Assembly (NCBI GenBank): GCA_034716415.1
Contig: JAYEJB010000071.1
Location: 1 to 58,340, forward strand
DNA: 58,340 nucleotides
Direction: 5' to 3'
Origin: Patescibacteria group bacterium
GTDB taxonomy: Bacteria; Patescibacteriota; Patescibacteriia; SG8-24
Each line of letters starts with the position of its first letter. Positions within the stretch are counted from its first letter, which is position 1. Below the pieces are notes generated by a model. That model had not been told where the DNA came from. It saw only the letters and a list, made by a program, of their open reading frames with translations, and made no database searches. Positions 28,659-38,205 of the stretch are shown piece after piece. A program made the translations under genes and the position numbers.

Positions 28659-29987
28659 CTAGGAGCGGTTGGGCTTGTGGGAGGACCCCCTGGTCCGCCG
28701 CAGCATTCGCCTCTTTCTGTGATAGCTAATCGCGAACCGATGAGCCTCGTCACGAACATGCTGTAACAACGGCTTGAACGCGTAGGTCAGCCGAGCCAGT
28801 TCGTTATCCTTCTTATCATACACCAGCTCGTCCTGCTTGCGATCGAAACCCTTGGCGATACCGACCAGCGGGATGTTAAGTCCGTTATCTTCAAGAACGC
28901 GCTTGGCGACATTTAACTGCCCTCTGCCTCCATCAATAAGAATAAGATCCGGCAATCGCCAACTTTCTCGCTTTCTCGCTCTTTCGCTCTCTTGCCCCTT
29001 CTCCCGCTTCTGCCCCTTCTGCCCCTTCACGCGCGCAAACCTCCTCCGCAACATCTCTTCAAGCATGGCGGTATCATTAGAACCCACCACCGTCTTGATC
29101 CTAAACTTGCGATACGCCGACTTCTTCGGCCGGCCATCCTCAAAGACGACCATACTACCGACCGCGTCCTGCCCGCTGATGTTTGATATATCGTATCCTT
29201 CGACGCGACCGAACACGTCGATGAACTGCTGCAGCTCCGCGTCGTCACGTTTCATGATCGCCATATCGCGGATGTGTTCGAGCGCCCAAAGACGGTCACG
29301 GTACGATGCCGCCACTTCGAAATCCTTACGCTCGGCCGCGGCTTTCATGTTGCGCTTCAACGATCGCACCACCTCCCCCCTCTTCCCGTCGAAGTAACGC
29401 ATCAACCCGCGGATGATGACCTTGTAGTCGCGTGATGAGATGTTCCCCGTGCAGACGCCGGCGCACTGACCGAGATGCACATAAAAACACGGACGACCGC
29501 GGTTCGGTTTGCAGGTCGACCATGGGAACGCCTTGCGCAAGGCATCGAGCGACGCCTGCACCGCACCGGTCGACTTGAACGGGCCGAACGTCTTCAGGAA
29601 CCGTTTCTTCGACGTGCGCACCAGTTCATGTTCACGGATGAGCACCGGACGCGGATAATCTTCGCGCGTAAACGCCAGGTAGACCCGGCTCTTGTCGTCC
29701 TTGTCGCGGACGTTGTACGGCGGCTGGAGTTTCTTGATGTTCTTCGCCTCGAGAATGAGCGCCTCGACCGCGGTCGGTGTCTCCTCCCAGTCGATCTCCC
29801 GGATCTTCTTCACCATCTGCGCGATGCGCGCGTCCGCCGGTCGCGTGAAGTAGCTCGAAACACGCGTGCGTAAGGATGTCGCCTTACCCACGTACATTAT
29901 CTTGCCTGCCGCATCCTTCATGAAATACACCCCTGGCCGCGGCGGCAGTTCATCCTTCTTCAGTTTTACGTTCTCCGGAATCGCCAT
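28659..29987 (-). CDS. uvrC: Excinuclease ABC subunit C (no C-terminal HhH domain)
   Basis: PGVY..YVGKA GIY-YIG, UVR domain, EGYDISN, PDLILIDGGRGQ, RDEAHRFA. Confidence 0.92.
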   Translation of the reverse strand: MAIPENVKLKKDELPPRPGVYFMKDAAGKIMYVGKATSLRTRVSSYFTRPADARIAQMVKKIREIDWEETPTAVEALILEAKNIKKLQPPYNVRDKDDKSRVYLAFTREDYPRPVLIREHELVRTSKKRFLKTFGPFKSTGAVQASLDALRKAFPWSTCKPNRGRPCFYVHLGQCAGVCTGNISSRDYKVIIRGLMRYFDGKRGEVVRSLKRNMKAAAERKDFEVAASYRDRLWALEHIRDMAIMKRDDAELQQFIDVFGRVEGYDISNISGQDAVGSMVVFEDGRPKKSAYRKFRIKTVVGSNDTAMLEEMLRRRFARVKGQKGQKREKGQESERARKRESWRLPDLILIDGGRGQLNVAKRVLEDNGLNIPLVGIAKGFDRKQDELVYDKKDNELARLTYAFKPLLQHVRDEAHRFAISYHRKRRMLRRTRGSSHKPNRS

Positions 29988-29998
29988 ACGCGCCTGGC

Positions 29999-30059
29999 AT
30001 TATGGCAGTAAACAATACGATTGTCCATGCTTGACACTCACGTCATAAATTGATATTCT
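29999..30059. promoter_or_regulatory. Back-to-back promoters for uvrC and the orphan at 30082
   Basis: Minus strand TGGACA-N17-CATAAT; plus strand TTGACA-N17-TATTCT. Confidence 0.6.
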
Positions 30060-30081
30060 GCGCCTTCGAGAAAGGAAAAGA

Positions 30082-30546
30082 ATGACCGATGCAAACCAGG
30101 GGTTCGAACAGCTTAGCGTAAGCGAAGAGGATGAATTCCTGTTGGGCGGCAAGAGGCTGTGGCATCGTACGAACGGAGACATCGGAGCCGTGTTCGAATT
30201 CATCGACGCGGCCAGAAAAATCGTCCGCGTCGTGCGCAAAAGCAGCATCGAGCCACACAAATCGCCGACAATGGAAGTTCTTCAGCTCGTCGATCGCAGC
30301 ACCGGTTGCACGGCGGAGATAACTGCCGATTGCTTTCGACGCAACCGCTACGACTGGATGATACGCCGCGATTCCGACCTAACCGCCGAGTACGAAGACA
30401 ACGACAAGACGACCGAAGCGGTCAAAAAGCGGATCGACGAGATCATGACGCTGAGAGCGGCGCTGCAGAAAGAGCTGGAGCTAGTGAACAGCGAGAACGG
30501 CCTCCTGCGCGCTAAGTTCGCTGGAGCGATCACAAAAGGCCTGTAG
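30082..30546 (+). CDS. Hypothetical protein with C-terminal coiled coil
   Basis: 154 aa; AAGGAAAAG before ATG; own promoter and terminator. Confidence 0.7.
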   Translation: MTDANQGFEQLSVSEEDEFLLGGKRLWHRTNGDIGAVFEFIDAARKIVRVVRKSSIEPHKSPTMEVLQLVDRSTGCTAEITADCFRRNRYDWMIRRDSDLTAEYEDNDKTTEAVKKRIDEIMTLRAALQKELELVNSENGLLRAKFAGAITKGL

Positions 30547-30656
30547 CACAACCGCTCTTGGTAGCGTCCCCAACTGACCGCACTGCGGTCTTTTTTTATA
30601 CAATGTAGCCCTTCGACTCCGCCACGCTCCGCTCAGGGATTATTTATTTATGAGAT

Positions 30657-30750
30657 GATGTCTTATGCACAGTTTGGGACAAAAACAGGCAGCCTGTTTC
30701 TCGCAAGAAACAGACTGCCTGTTTTTGTCCCAAACTGTGTATAAGACATC
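30657..30750. repeat. Family-A 94-bp palindromic element
   Basis: GATGTCTTATGCACAGTTTGGGAC...GTCCCAAACTGTGTATAAGACATC. Confidence 0.92.
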
Positions 30751-30924
30751 TACTGTTTACTTCAAAAAAATAGTGCCTGAGCTTAAAATTTTGGGGACTG
30801 TCCCCGATAAGACTGGCTTGGGGACACTTCTCAAGATTAAAACTTCTGAACAAGCCTTGCCTGTTCCGCTCCCATGCGATATCATTCCCCGCGTCATATC
30901 AATAATAATCATCTCACTTACTAT

Positions 30925-32397
30925 ATGTCTCTACGTAGAGGCCTTCTCGCTCTCGGCGCGGTCGGTGCCGGCATCCTGATGCCAGCGATCGCGTTCGCCA
31001 CAGAGCACGCGGAAGAAGTCGGCCACGTAGCTGAAGAAGCGGGTCATGCCGCCGAGTCCGGCCATGGCTTGCACGCCATCACGCTGATCTTCTTCCTGTT
31101 CATCATGCTGATGTTCGCCCGCATCGGCGCGCTCATGGAGCGTATCGGCCAGCCGGCCGTACTGGGTGAACTGTTGATGGGTGTGCTGTTAGGCGCGCTC
31201 GCTTTCTGCCCGGGTCTCGGGTTCATCAACGAACTCAAGAGCACGGAATTCATCGCGCTCATCGCCGAGATCGGTGTCATTATCCTGCTGTTCCGCACCG
31301 GACTCGAGTCCAACCTGCGCGAAATGAAGAGCGTGGGCGTGAAAGCGGTCATGGTCGCTATCGTCGGGGTGGTCCTGCCGTTCGTCGGCGGCTACTTCGC
31401 CTCCAAACTGTTGATTCCCGGCCTCGACATCAACACTTACCTGTTCATCGGCGCGACACTGACCGCGACTTCGGTCGGTATCACCGCGCGCGTGTTCAAG
31501 GATCTGAACATGCTGTCCTCCAAGGAAGCCAAGATCGTCCTGGGCGCGGCGGTGTTCGATGACATATTAGGCCTGTTGATCCTGGCCGTGGTGGCGGGCA
31601 TGGTTTCCGGCGGTAGCGTGTCCCCCGGTGAGATCGCCTGGATTTCGGCCAAGGCGTTCCTGTTCCTGGTGATCTCGGTCGCGCTCGGTCAATTGTTGGC
31701 TAAGAGAGTCAGCTCGGCCTTCTCTAAGATCCACAGTGGCGTGGGCATGAAGATGGCTTTGGCCCTGCTGTTCTGCGGCATCTACGCTTACGGCGCGGCC
31801 GCGCTCGCCGGCTTAGCGCCGATCGTCGGTGCGTTCGCCGCCGGTCTAGTGCTCGACCCGTTGCACTTCGATGACTTCATCGCTCCGGCCATCTCCCAGA
31901 AACTACGTGGCTGGGCGGCCAAACTGAACGGGTCCGACGTGGCAACCGAAGAGGTGAAAGAAGAGATGCACGCCGAAGCGGACCACGAGGAACACATGCA
32001 CGTCGAGAATCTGGTCGAACAGGTCGGCTGGTTCTTCATGCCCATCTTCTTCGTCTACACCGGTCTGCAAGTCAATCTGGAGACGTTCGCCGAACCCAAA
32101 GTGCTGATCATCGGCCTGGCGCTCACGGTCGTGGCGTTCATCGGTAAGATCGCCGCCGGTTGGGTGGCCGGCAAGGGCGTCAACAAACACATCATCGGTT
32201 TCGGCATGGTGCCGCGCGGCGAGGTCGGTCTGATCTTCGCCAACGTCGGTAAACAGTTGGGGGTGGTGTCGGACGAGACGTTCTCGATCGTGGTGATCAT
32301 GGTTATTCTATCTACCCTGCTCACACCGCCGATCCTGGGCGTGCTGATCAAGAGACAGCGGCAACAGAAAGCCGACGCAGGGGCATCTGCCGAATGA
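30925..32397 (+). CDS. Cation:proton antiporter (CPA2, NapA/KefB-like)
   Basis: GQPAVLGELL, AEIGVIILLF..GLE, TATSVGIT, AAVFDD, GAFAAG, PIFF, PRGEV; His/Glu-rich N-terminal linker. Confidence 0.93.
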   Translation: MSLRRGLLALGAVGAGILMPAIAFATEHAEEVGHVAEEAGHAAESGHGLHAITLIFFLFIMLMFARIGALMERIGQPAVLGELLMGVLLGALAFCPGLGFINELKSTEFIALIAEIGVIILLFRTGLESNLREMKSVGVKAVMVAIVGVVLPFVGGYFASKLLIPGLDINTYLFIGATLTATSVGITARVFKDLNMLSSKEAKIVLGAAVFDDILGLLILAVVAGMVSGGSVSPGEIAWISAKAFLFLVISVALGQLLAKRVSSAFSKIHSGVGMKMALALLFCGIYAYGAAALAGLAPIVGAFAAGLVLDPLHFDDFIAPAISQKLRGWAAKLNGSDVATEEVKEEMHAEADHEEHMHVENLVEQVGWFFMPIFFVYTGLQVNLETFAEPKVLIIGLALTVVAFIGKIAAGWVAGKGVNKHIIGFGMVPRGEVGLIFANVGKQLGVVSDETFSIVVIMVILSTLLTPPILGVLIKRQRQQKADAGASAE

Positions 32398-32458
32398 AGA
32401 CTCCCCGGGCTCAAGCCCTGCCTGCCGGCAGGCCGTGGATTTCTGCGGGGGTGGATAA
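32393..32458. repeat. Family-F repeat (copy also at 56374-56423) interrupted by a CCTGCC element
   Basis: AATGAAGACTCCCCGGGCTCAAGC[CCTGCCTGCCGGCAGG]CCGTGGATTTCTGCGGGGG versus the empty copy AATGAAGACTCCCCAGGCTGAAGCCCGCGGTGTTCTGCGGAGG. Confidence 0.8.
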
Positions 32459-32540
32459 TTGAATCCGGAAACCAAATAGGCGCGCCTTGACCGGCGCGTC
32501 TTTTGATGTTAAGCATCTATTGCAACGAGAGGATATACGG

Positions 32541-32933
32541 ATGAACAAAAAGGAACGCGAAGATGCCAAAAGGCTGGAGGATCCCGAATCTCTGACGCTG
32601 GAGATACAGGTCTTTACCATGACGGGCGACTACGACGCCGCTGTCGAAGGCTCGCAAGACATCGCCCAAAAGCGCGTAGCCCGGGGTAACAAGCTGCCAC
32701 TCGACGGTTTGGAGAAACACCGGGCACAGCTCGAAGAGTGGGGCTTCACCGTCGGCGAGCCGCTCGACCACCTGTTCACGGAAGTCGAATTGCCGGAAGG
32801 CTGGAGCTTCGTCCCGCACGACGACCACAACATGTACTGCGACATCCACGATCCGCAAGGCAGACAGTGTGGCACCGTTTTCTACAACAGTGCGCCATGG
32901 AACCAACGAGCCTGGTTCTCCCTGTCCGCCTGA
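32541..32933 (+). CDS. Conserved-looking hypothetical protein (130 aa)
   Basis: SD GAGGA; motif LEEWGF..LF..LPEGW..DH.M..D.QGR..FY. Confidence 0.75.
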   Translation: MNKKEREDAKRLEDPESLTLEIQVFTMTGDYDAAVEGSQDIAQKRVARGNKLPLDGLEKHRAQLEEWGFTVGEPLDHLFTEVELPEGWSFVPHDDHNMYCDIHDPQGRQCGTVFYNSAPWNQRAWFSLSA

Positions 32934-33048
32934 CACAAAAAAGAACTTACGGGTCCTCCTGGACCCCTTTTTATATGACAGGATTGACACATCCGCTGTC
33001 GCGTGCTAACGTATTCGGTCAGTCCACAAACAAGGGAGGAGAGATTGA

Positions 33049-33561
33049 ATGTGGAACGATCTTTCAACGATTGCGGCATTCCTGGGAAGCGCTTTCCTCG
33101 TCATGGTTCTGGTGCTCTGGGTATTTGAACGCAGGAGGAGGGAGCGGATCCAAGTCATCAAAAAGGAGGTGTCAGATCGACTCGCCCGGATGGGACTGTT
33201 GACCAAATCTATGAATCGCGCAAAGCGGAACAGGATCGGCCTGCACATCATCTGGATCCGTCGATGTGCTCGGCAAAACAACCTGCCCCTCACCCAGCTC
33301 GGCACTTCCGAGAAGAACCTCGACAGGTTCCGCAGTATGATGGAACACGGATCGAGCAGCCGTCCAGCACTCGCGAAGATGCCCGCTGGATTCGCTCCGG
33401 CCGGTTCCTGGAGGTTCGGGGATGAGAAAGATGAAGTCGTAAAAGCCGCGTCCGAACCCAAGCTTCCTCAAACGACCGAGGAACTGTTCAGTGGCCTGAC
33501 GGAGAACGATCTCCTGAAGCACATCGACATGAACTTGAAAGCGATACGTCTTACGGCATAG
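33049..33561 (+). CDS. Single-pass membrane hypothetical protein
   Basis: N-terminal transmembrane helix then RRRR; promoter TTGACA(32984)-N17-TAACGT; SD GGAGG. Confidence 0.8.
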   Translation: MWNDLSTIAAFLGSAFLVMVLVLWVFERRRRERIQVIKKEVSDRLARMGLLTKSMNRAKRNRIGLHIIWIRRCARQNNLPLTQLGTSEKNLDRFRSMMEHGSSSRPALAKMPAGFAPAGSWRFGDEKDEVVKAASEPKLPQTTEELFSGLTENDLLKHIDMNLKAIRLTA

Positions 33562-33705
33562 ACCCCTGACGGGGCTCAAGAGCGTGACTACGGTCGCGCT
33601 TTTTCATTCATCTGCTTCAGACAGATCCGCCGAGCTCTATTTGACAACCTTGACCTGTAACCGACAAGATGATATAGTCTGACATCAGATGAGAGGAGAA
33701 TTCGG

Positions 33706-33879
33706 ATGGAACCCACTGCTGAAGCGCTGGAACTGGCGCTTTACTTCTGCCTTATCGGCATCAACGCGATGGCCTTCGCTGTCACCATGTGGCGAAGACC
33801 CGCGAATCGCCTCGCGCAGAGGCACATACACGCTGACAACCGTCGCCTGCGTCGCAAGTTGTCGGTACAGGAACCATAG
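33706..33879 (+). CDS. Small membrane protein, 57 aa (not in ORF track)
   Basis: MEPTAEALELALYFCLIGINAMAFAVTMWRRP...; SD AGGAG; promoter TTGACC(33650)-N17-TATAGT. Confidence 0.7.
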   Translation: MEPTAEALELALYFCLIGINAMAFAVTMWRRPANRLAQRHIHADNRRLRRKLSVQEP

Positions 33880-33894
33880 AAAGGAAGGAACAAC

Positions 33895-34026
33895 GTGGAG
33901 ACACTACTTCTGATCGCTGGGGGCGTCATCGTCGCCATCTTCGTCGGAGTGGCAGCCGTGTTCGTCACTCGCCTGGACACCACGAAGGTGAACAGGGCGA
34001 TCAACAAGACGAACAGGTCCAAGTAG
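33895..34026 (+). CDS. Small membrane protein, 43 aa (not in ORF track)
   Basis: GTG start after AAGGAAGG; METLLLIAGGVIVAIFVGVAAVFVTRLDTTKVNRAINKTNRSK. Confidence 0.7.
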   Translation: METLLLIAGGVIVAIFVGVAAVFVTRLDTTKVNRAINKTNRSK

Positions 34027-34112
34027 GACCTTCGGCAGACGACGTAAACGATCGGCGCGGCGCGAAAGCCCGCGCTCTTTTTTTATTGAAGAAGCAATCA
34101 AAAATGTCGATA

Positions 34113-34220
34113 CCCCCAAAGTGCCTGTCACCCTCTGCCCCCAAAGTGCCTGTCACCCTCTGCCCCCAAAGTGCCTGTCACCCTCTGCCCCCAAAGTGCC
34201 TGTCACCCTCTGCCCCCAAA
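34113..34220. repeat. Perfect 25-bp tandem repeat, 4.3 copies
   Basis: Unit CCCCCAAAGTGCCTGTCACCCTCTG. Confidence 0.95.
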
Positions 34221-34323
34221 AGGAGCAGGCATTAACAGGCTGCGGCACGGCGGCATCGGGGTTGACAATAAGGCTAAAATATGCTATCCTGTAGAAAGGT
34301 TCTTTACGGGAAAGGAGGTATCT

Positions 34324-34854
34324 TTGGAGACGGTAGTGCCACTCCTATGGGTGGTGTCGGTCTGTCTCGTGGCGTTCCTGGTCGTCAAAACGGTGACCAT
34401 CGTCCGGAGCGGCAAAAGAGTCTCTTGGGAGAACGAGGTCAGTGCGATAAATTCGGATATCCTCCGATGCGTCGACTCCTCGAACAAGGAGCAGGCAACA
34501 CTGCTTCTACGCCGACTGCGTTTCATGCTCGAAAAGCATGAAGTCGACGTTCCCGGGGTGAACTTGGAGCTGCTGAAGATGTTGGTCGACAACGTTGAGG
34601 CCAAAGCTCCACGTCGGAAGGACACCACCCAACCCAAAAAGGAGCCAGACCCCGCGGAAGTCGATGCTGAAATTGAGTTTGATCTCAATGAACTGACTGA
34701 AGGGTCCAAGCTTGCGGACGTACAACTGCGAAACGACCTGCGTTTGACGCGGGACCGCCTTCGTAAGGCAATGCAGTTGACGCTCGGTTTACGACGCGAA
34801 CAGCTGGACATCCAGTCGGTCATCGAGAGACTTCTCAAACAGCTCGACGAATAG
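34324..34854 (+). CDS. Single-pass membrane protein with C-terminal coiled coil
   Basis: TTG after AAGGAGG; promoter TTGACA(34262)-N17-TATCCT; N-terminal transmembrane helix. Confidence 0.78.
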   Translation: METVVPLLWVVSVCLVAFLVVKTVTIVRSGKRVSWENEVSAINSDILRCVDSSNKEQATLLLRRLRFMLEKHEVDVPGVNLELLKMLVDNVEAKAPRRKDTTQPKKEPDPAEVDAEIEFDLNELTEGSKLADVQLRNDLRLTRDRLRKAMQLTLGLRREQLDIQSVIERLLKQLDE

Positions 34855-34984
34855 CTCACGCTCCCCACTCGGGCACGGACCACCAACACACTACGGTCTG
34901 TGCCCATTTTTTATCCACAAAAATAGTCAGGAAGCACCGAGTAGCTCTACCTGACACTTTCTGAGTGTTTTTGTGGATACGGCA

Positions 34985-35080
34985 GATGTCTTATGCGCAG
35001 TTTGGGACAAAAACAGGCAGCCTATTTCCCGCAGGAAACAGACTGTCTGTGCTTTTGTCCCAAACTGTGCATAAGACATC
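34985..35080. repeat. Family-A palindromic element (96 bp)
   Basis: GATGTCTTATGCGCAGTTTGGGAC...GTCCCAAACTGTGCATAAGACATC. Confidence 0.92.
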
Positions 35081-35108
35081 TTTTCTTAATCTACGAAAAG
35101 ACTGCCCC

Positions 35109-37643
35109 CTAATCCATCTTCAACACCCGCTTCAGATACTTAGCGGTATGGGTATCCGAGTACTTGGCAACCTCTTCCGGCGTGCCGACAGCGACGACCT
35201 TGCCGCCGCCTTCGCCGCCTTCCGGTCCAAGATCGATGACGTGGTCGGCCACCTTAATGACGTCGAGATTGTGTTCAATCACGACGACCGAGTTTCCGCG
35301 GTCGACGAGGTGCTGGAGTATCTCCAACAAACGCCGTACATCCTCGAAATGCAGACCGGTGGTCGGTTCATCGAGTATGTATAGCGTCCGTCCGGTCTGG
35401 CGCTTCGAAAGTTCGTTGGCGAGCTTCACCCGCTGCGCCTCACCGCCCGAGAGCGTAGTCGCTGGCTGACCGAGCTCGAGGTAACCGAGTCCCACCTTGT
35501 TCAATACGCTGATCTTGTCGTATATCTGCGGAATCTCCTCGAAAAATTTCTCCGCCTCCTCGATCGTCATCTTCAGCACGTCGTGGATATTCTTGTCGTG
35601 CCATTTCACTTCGAGCGTCTCACGGTCGAAACGCTTTCCCCCGCAGACATCGCAGGTCACGTAGACCGTCGGCAGGAAGTGCATCTCAATGGCGTTCGTG
35701 CCGTTGCCCTGACAGTTCTCGCAACGACCGCCGGGCACGTTGAAACTGAACCGGCCCATCTTGTAGCCGCGGAACCTTGCTTCCTCGCTCGCCGCGAACA
35801 GTTCGCGAATCGGAGTGAATGATCCGGTGTAGGTCGCGGGGTTCGAGCGCGGTGTACGTCCAATCGCTCCCTGGTCGACCATGACGATACGATCGATGTA
35901 CTCGGTACCCGTGACCGCCTTGTGCGCGCCGACCTTGTGTCTCGACATATTAAGCCGATTCGACAGTGACTTGAAGAGTATCTCATCGACGAGCGTGCTC
36001 TTACCGCTACCTGACACACCGGTCACGCAGACGAATTTCCGAAGCGGCACCTCGACATTGATCCCCTTGAGATTATGCTCCTTGGCCCCGACGATCTTGA
36101 TAGACTCCTTTATCTTGGTGCGTCGCTTGAACGGCGTCGGGATACTGCGCTCGCCACGGATGTATTTCGCGGTCAGGGAATCCGGATGCTCGAACACCTC
36201 TTCCGCCGAACCCTCGGCGATAATCTCACCGCCGTGCTTGCCAGCGCCCGGACCGAAATCCACGACATGGTCGGCCGCCAAAATCGTATCCTCGTCGTGT
36301 TCGACCACGATGATGGTGTTGCCGATGTCCCGGAGATGCTTCAGCGTCGTCAACAGCGCGTCGTTATCCTTCTGATGCAGACCGATGGACGGTTCGTCCA
36401 ACACGTACAACGCGCCGACAAGCTTCGAGCCGATCTGCGACGCCAGCCGGATACGCTGTGCCTCGCCACCCGAGAGCGTCCCGGCTTTGCGATCCAGGGT
36501 CAGGTAGTGCAGACCGACATCCAACATGAACTGCAGACGGTTCAGGATCTCCTTCATCACGTTCTCCGATATCTCGGCCTCGCGCCCCTTGAGCTTCACG
36601 TTCGACAGGAAATCATGCGCGCCGGAGATGGGCAGTGCTACCAGCTCGATGATGTTCTTGCCGCCGATCTTCACGGCCAAGGACTCCGGACGCAGGCGCT
36701 TCCCGTCACATGCGGGGCAGACGGTCTTCGAATAGATATGTTCGGTACCGAGTCCGTGACAGGCTTCGCACGCACCGTACGGACTGTTGAACGAGAACAG
36801 CCGCGGCTCGATCTCCGGAAAAGACATGTCGCAGTCCGGACACGAGAGTGAACGCGAAAGCAGCCGTTCCGACCAGTCGGGGAAAGTCGCCTGCACCAGA
36901 CCGTTGCCGCGGTCGAGTGCGATCTCTACCGCTTCGCCGAGACGGATGCGTGTGTCATCGTCCACTTCTTTCCCGAACAGCGACGCCGCGAACACATCGA
37001 TGACCAGTTCTATGGTGTGCCGCTTGTTCTTGTCGAGCACCAGCCGATTACGGAGCGAGCGTACATGACCGTCGACGCGCACCTTGGCGAAGCCGCCGTT
37101 ATAGAGGTCGTACAGCATCTGGTGGTACTCCCCTTTCCGACCGCGTACCAGCGGCGCCAGCACCATGACCTCCTTCAGCTTCTTGTTTCCTTTGACCGTA
37201 CGCCGCTCCTTTGCGCCTTCCAGAATGGCATCGACCATCTCTTCGGCCGCCATCTTCCGTATCGGATTATCGCATGTCGGACAATAAGGAACACCGATGC
37301 GCGCGTACAGAACGCGTAGGTAGTCGTATATCTCGGTGATCGTCGCCACGGTCGAGCGTGGATTGGCCGAGTGCGCTTTCTGGTCGATCGATATCGCCGG
37401 CGACAATCCTTCGATCTCATCCACGTCCGGCTTCTTCATCTGACCGAGGAACTGCCGTGCGTAAGCCGATAAGGACTCGACGTAGCGCCGCTGACCCTCG
37501 GCGAAGATGGTATCGAACGCCAAAGACGACTTGCCGCTGCCCGACAGGCCGGTGAAGACGATCAGCTTGTTCCTGGGGATATCCAGGGAAACGTTCTTCA
37601 GATTATGTTCCCTGGCTCCACGGATTGTTATGTTATCTTGCAT
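35109..37643 (-). CDS. uvrA: Excinuclease ABC subunit A
   Basis: [17 protein letters not shown], zinc fingers, LSGGEAQR twice, [18 protein letters not shown]. Confidence 0.98.
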   Translation of the reverse strand: MQDNITIRGAREHNLKNVSLDIPRNKLIVFTGLSGSGKSSLAFDTIFAEGQRRYVESLSAYARQFLGQMKKPDVDEIEGLSPAISIDQKAHSANPRSTVATITEIYDYLRVLYARIGVPYCPTCDNPIRKMAAEEMVDAILEGAKERRTVKGNKKLKEVMVLAPLVRGRKGEYHQMLYDLYNGGFAKVRVDGHVRSLRNRLVLDKNKRHTIELVIDVFAASLFGKEVDDDTRIRLGEAVEIALDRGNGLVQATFPDWSERLLSRSLSCPDCDMSFPEIEPRLFSFNSPYGACEACHGLGTEHIYSKTVCPACDGKRLRPESLAVKIGGKNIIELVALPISGAHDFLSNVKLKGREAEISENVMKEILNRLQFMLDVGLHYLTLDRKAGTLSGGEAQRIRLASQIGSKLVGALYVLDEPSIGLHQKDNDALLTTLKHLRDIGNTIIVVEHDEDTILAADHVVDFGPGAGKHGGEIIAEGSAEEVFEHPDSLTAKYIRGERSIPTPFKRRTKIKESIKIVGAKEHNLKGINVEVPLRKFVCVTGVSGSGKSTLVDEILFKSLSNRLNMSRHKVGAHKAVTGTEYIDRIVMVDQGAIGRTPRSNPATYTGSFTPIRELFAASEEARFRGYKMGRFSFNVPGGRCENCQGNGTNAIEMHFLPTVYVTCDVCGGKRFDRETLEVKWHDKNIHDVLKMTIEEAEKFFEEIPQIYDKISVLNKVGLGYLELGQPATTLSGGEAQRVKLANELSKRQTGRTLYILDEPTTGLHFEDVRRLLEILQHLVDRGNSVVVIEHNLDVIKVADHVIDLGPEGGEGGGKVVAVGTPEEVAKYSDTHTAKYLKRVLKMD

Positions 37644-37647
37644 GTGA

Positions 37648-37695
37648 TTGACTGTTGGAATCGCATATCCTATATTGAAATACCGTACAAGTCAA
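37648..37695. promoter_or_regulatory. Overlapping divergent promoters for uvrA and the orphan at 37726
   Basis: Plus TTGACT-N17-TATATT; minus TTGACT-N17-TAGGAT; the -10 hexamers overlap. Confidence 0.65.
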
Positions 37696-37725
37696 GACAG
37701 ACGCTCTTTCAGAAAGGGGGTTGAG

Positions 37726-38205
37726 ATGGCCGACCTGCATAAGCCCTATGACGCACCCGCGGCCTTCAAGGCCCTGTGGGCTACCGTCGACCAAATGTTC
37801 GCGATCGTCGGGACGATCGACAACAAGGACTTCGATTGGGTGGTGGCTGCCCAGCTCATCAAGGCTTCGCGCGACCGGCTGGCACCGTTCGCCGAGCCTC
37901 ACTTCCCGGGCCTAAGCTATGTAGATCCCGACAAGACCAGCGCCTCGATCGAATGGATCTATGCGACCGCACTGCGCATCGTACGGAAGGCGGCGCCACT
38001 GATTGATGATGTCAAAAGGAACGCTGAGACCGCGAGCCCGACAAAGCTCAGTGAGTACAGGAGACGTCTGCTGAAACAAATCATCCTCGCCACCATCGAC
38101 CTGCATGACCTCACCTATTCTCCGAACATCCGAGACGCGCTTCTTCCTGAACCGCGGTTCAGTCGCGACATGGGACCACCGAATCCATCCGATGACTTGA
38201 ACTGA
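37726..38205 (+). CDS. Hypothetical helical protein (159 aa)
   Basis: ATG after AAGGGGG; terminator CCGCCGC..GCGGCGG-TTTTTT downstream. Confidence 0.7.
   Translation: MADLHKPYDAPAAFKALWATVDQMFAIVGTIDNKDFDWVVAAQLIKASRDRLAPFAEPHFPGLSYVDPDKTSASIEWIYATALRIVRKAAPLIDDVKRNAETASPTKLSEYRRRLLKQIILATIDLHDLTYSPNIRDALLPEPRFSRDMGPPNPSDDLN

Noticed and set aside
28659-29987. uvrC as a truncated pseudogene
   Set aside because: Both nuclease domains and the UVR domain are intact with no frameshift; only the HhH tail is missing, and I saw no remnant downstream.
32393-32458. Family-F repeat as the end of an IS200/IS605 element
   Set aside because: Only a loose resemblance to such ends; no tnpA or tnpB adjacent to either copy.
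33741-34022. 93-aa minus-strand hydrophobic ORF
   Set aside because: Two plus-strand small ORFs with SD and promoter explain the region better.
34113-34220. 25-bp repeat as a CRISPR array
   Set aside because: Units are contiguous with no spacers.
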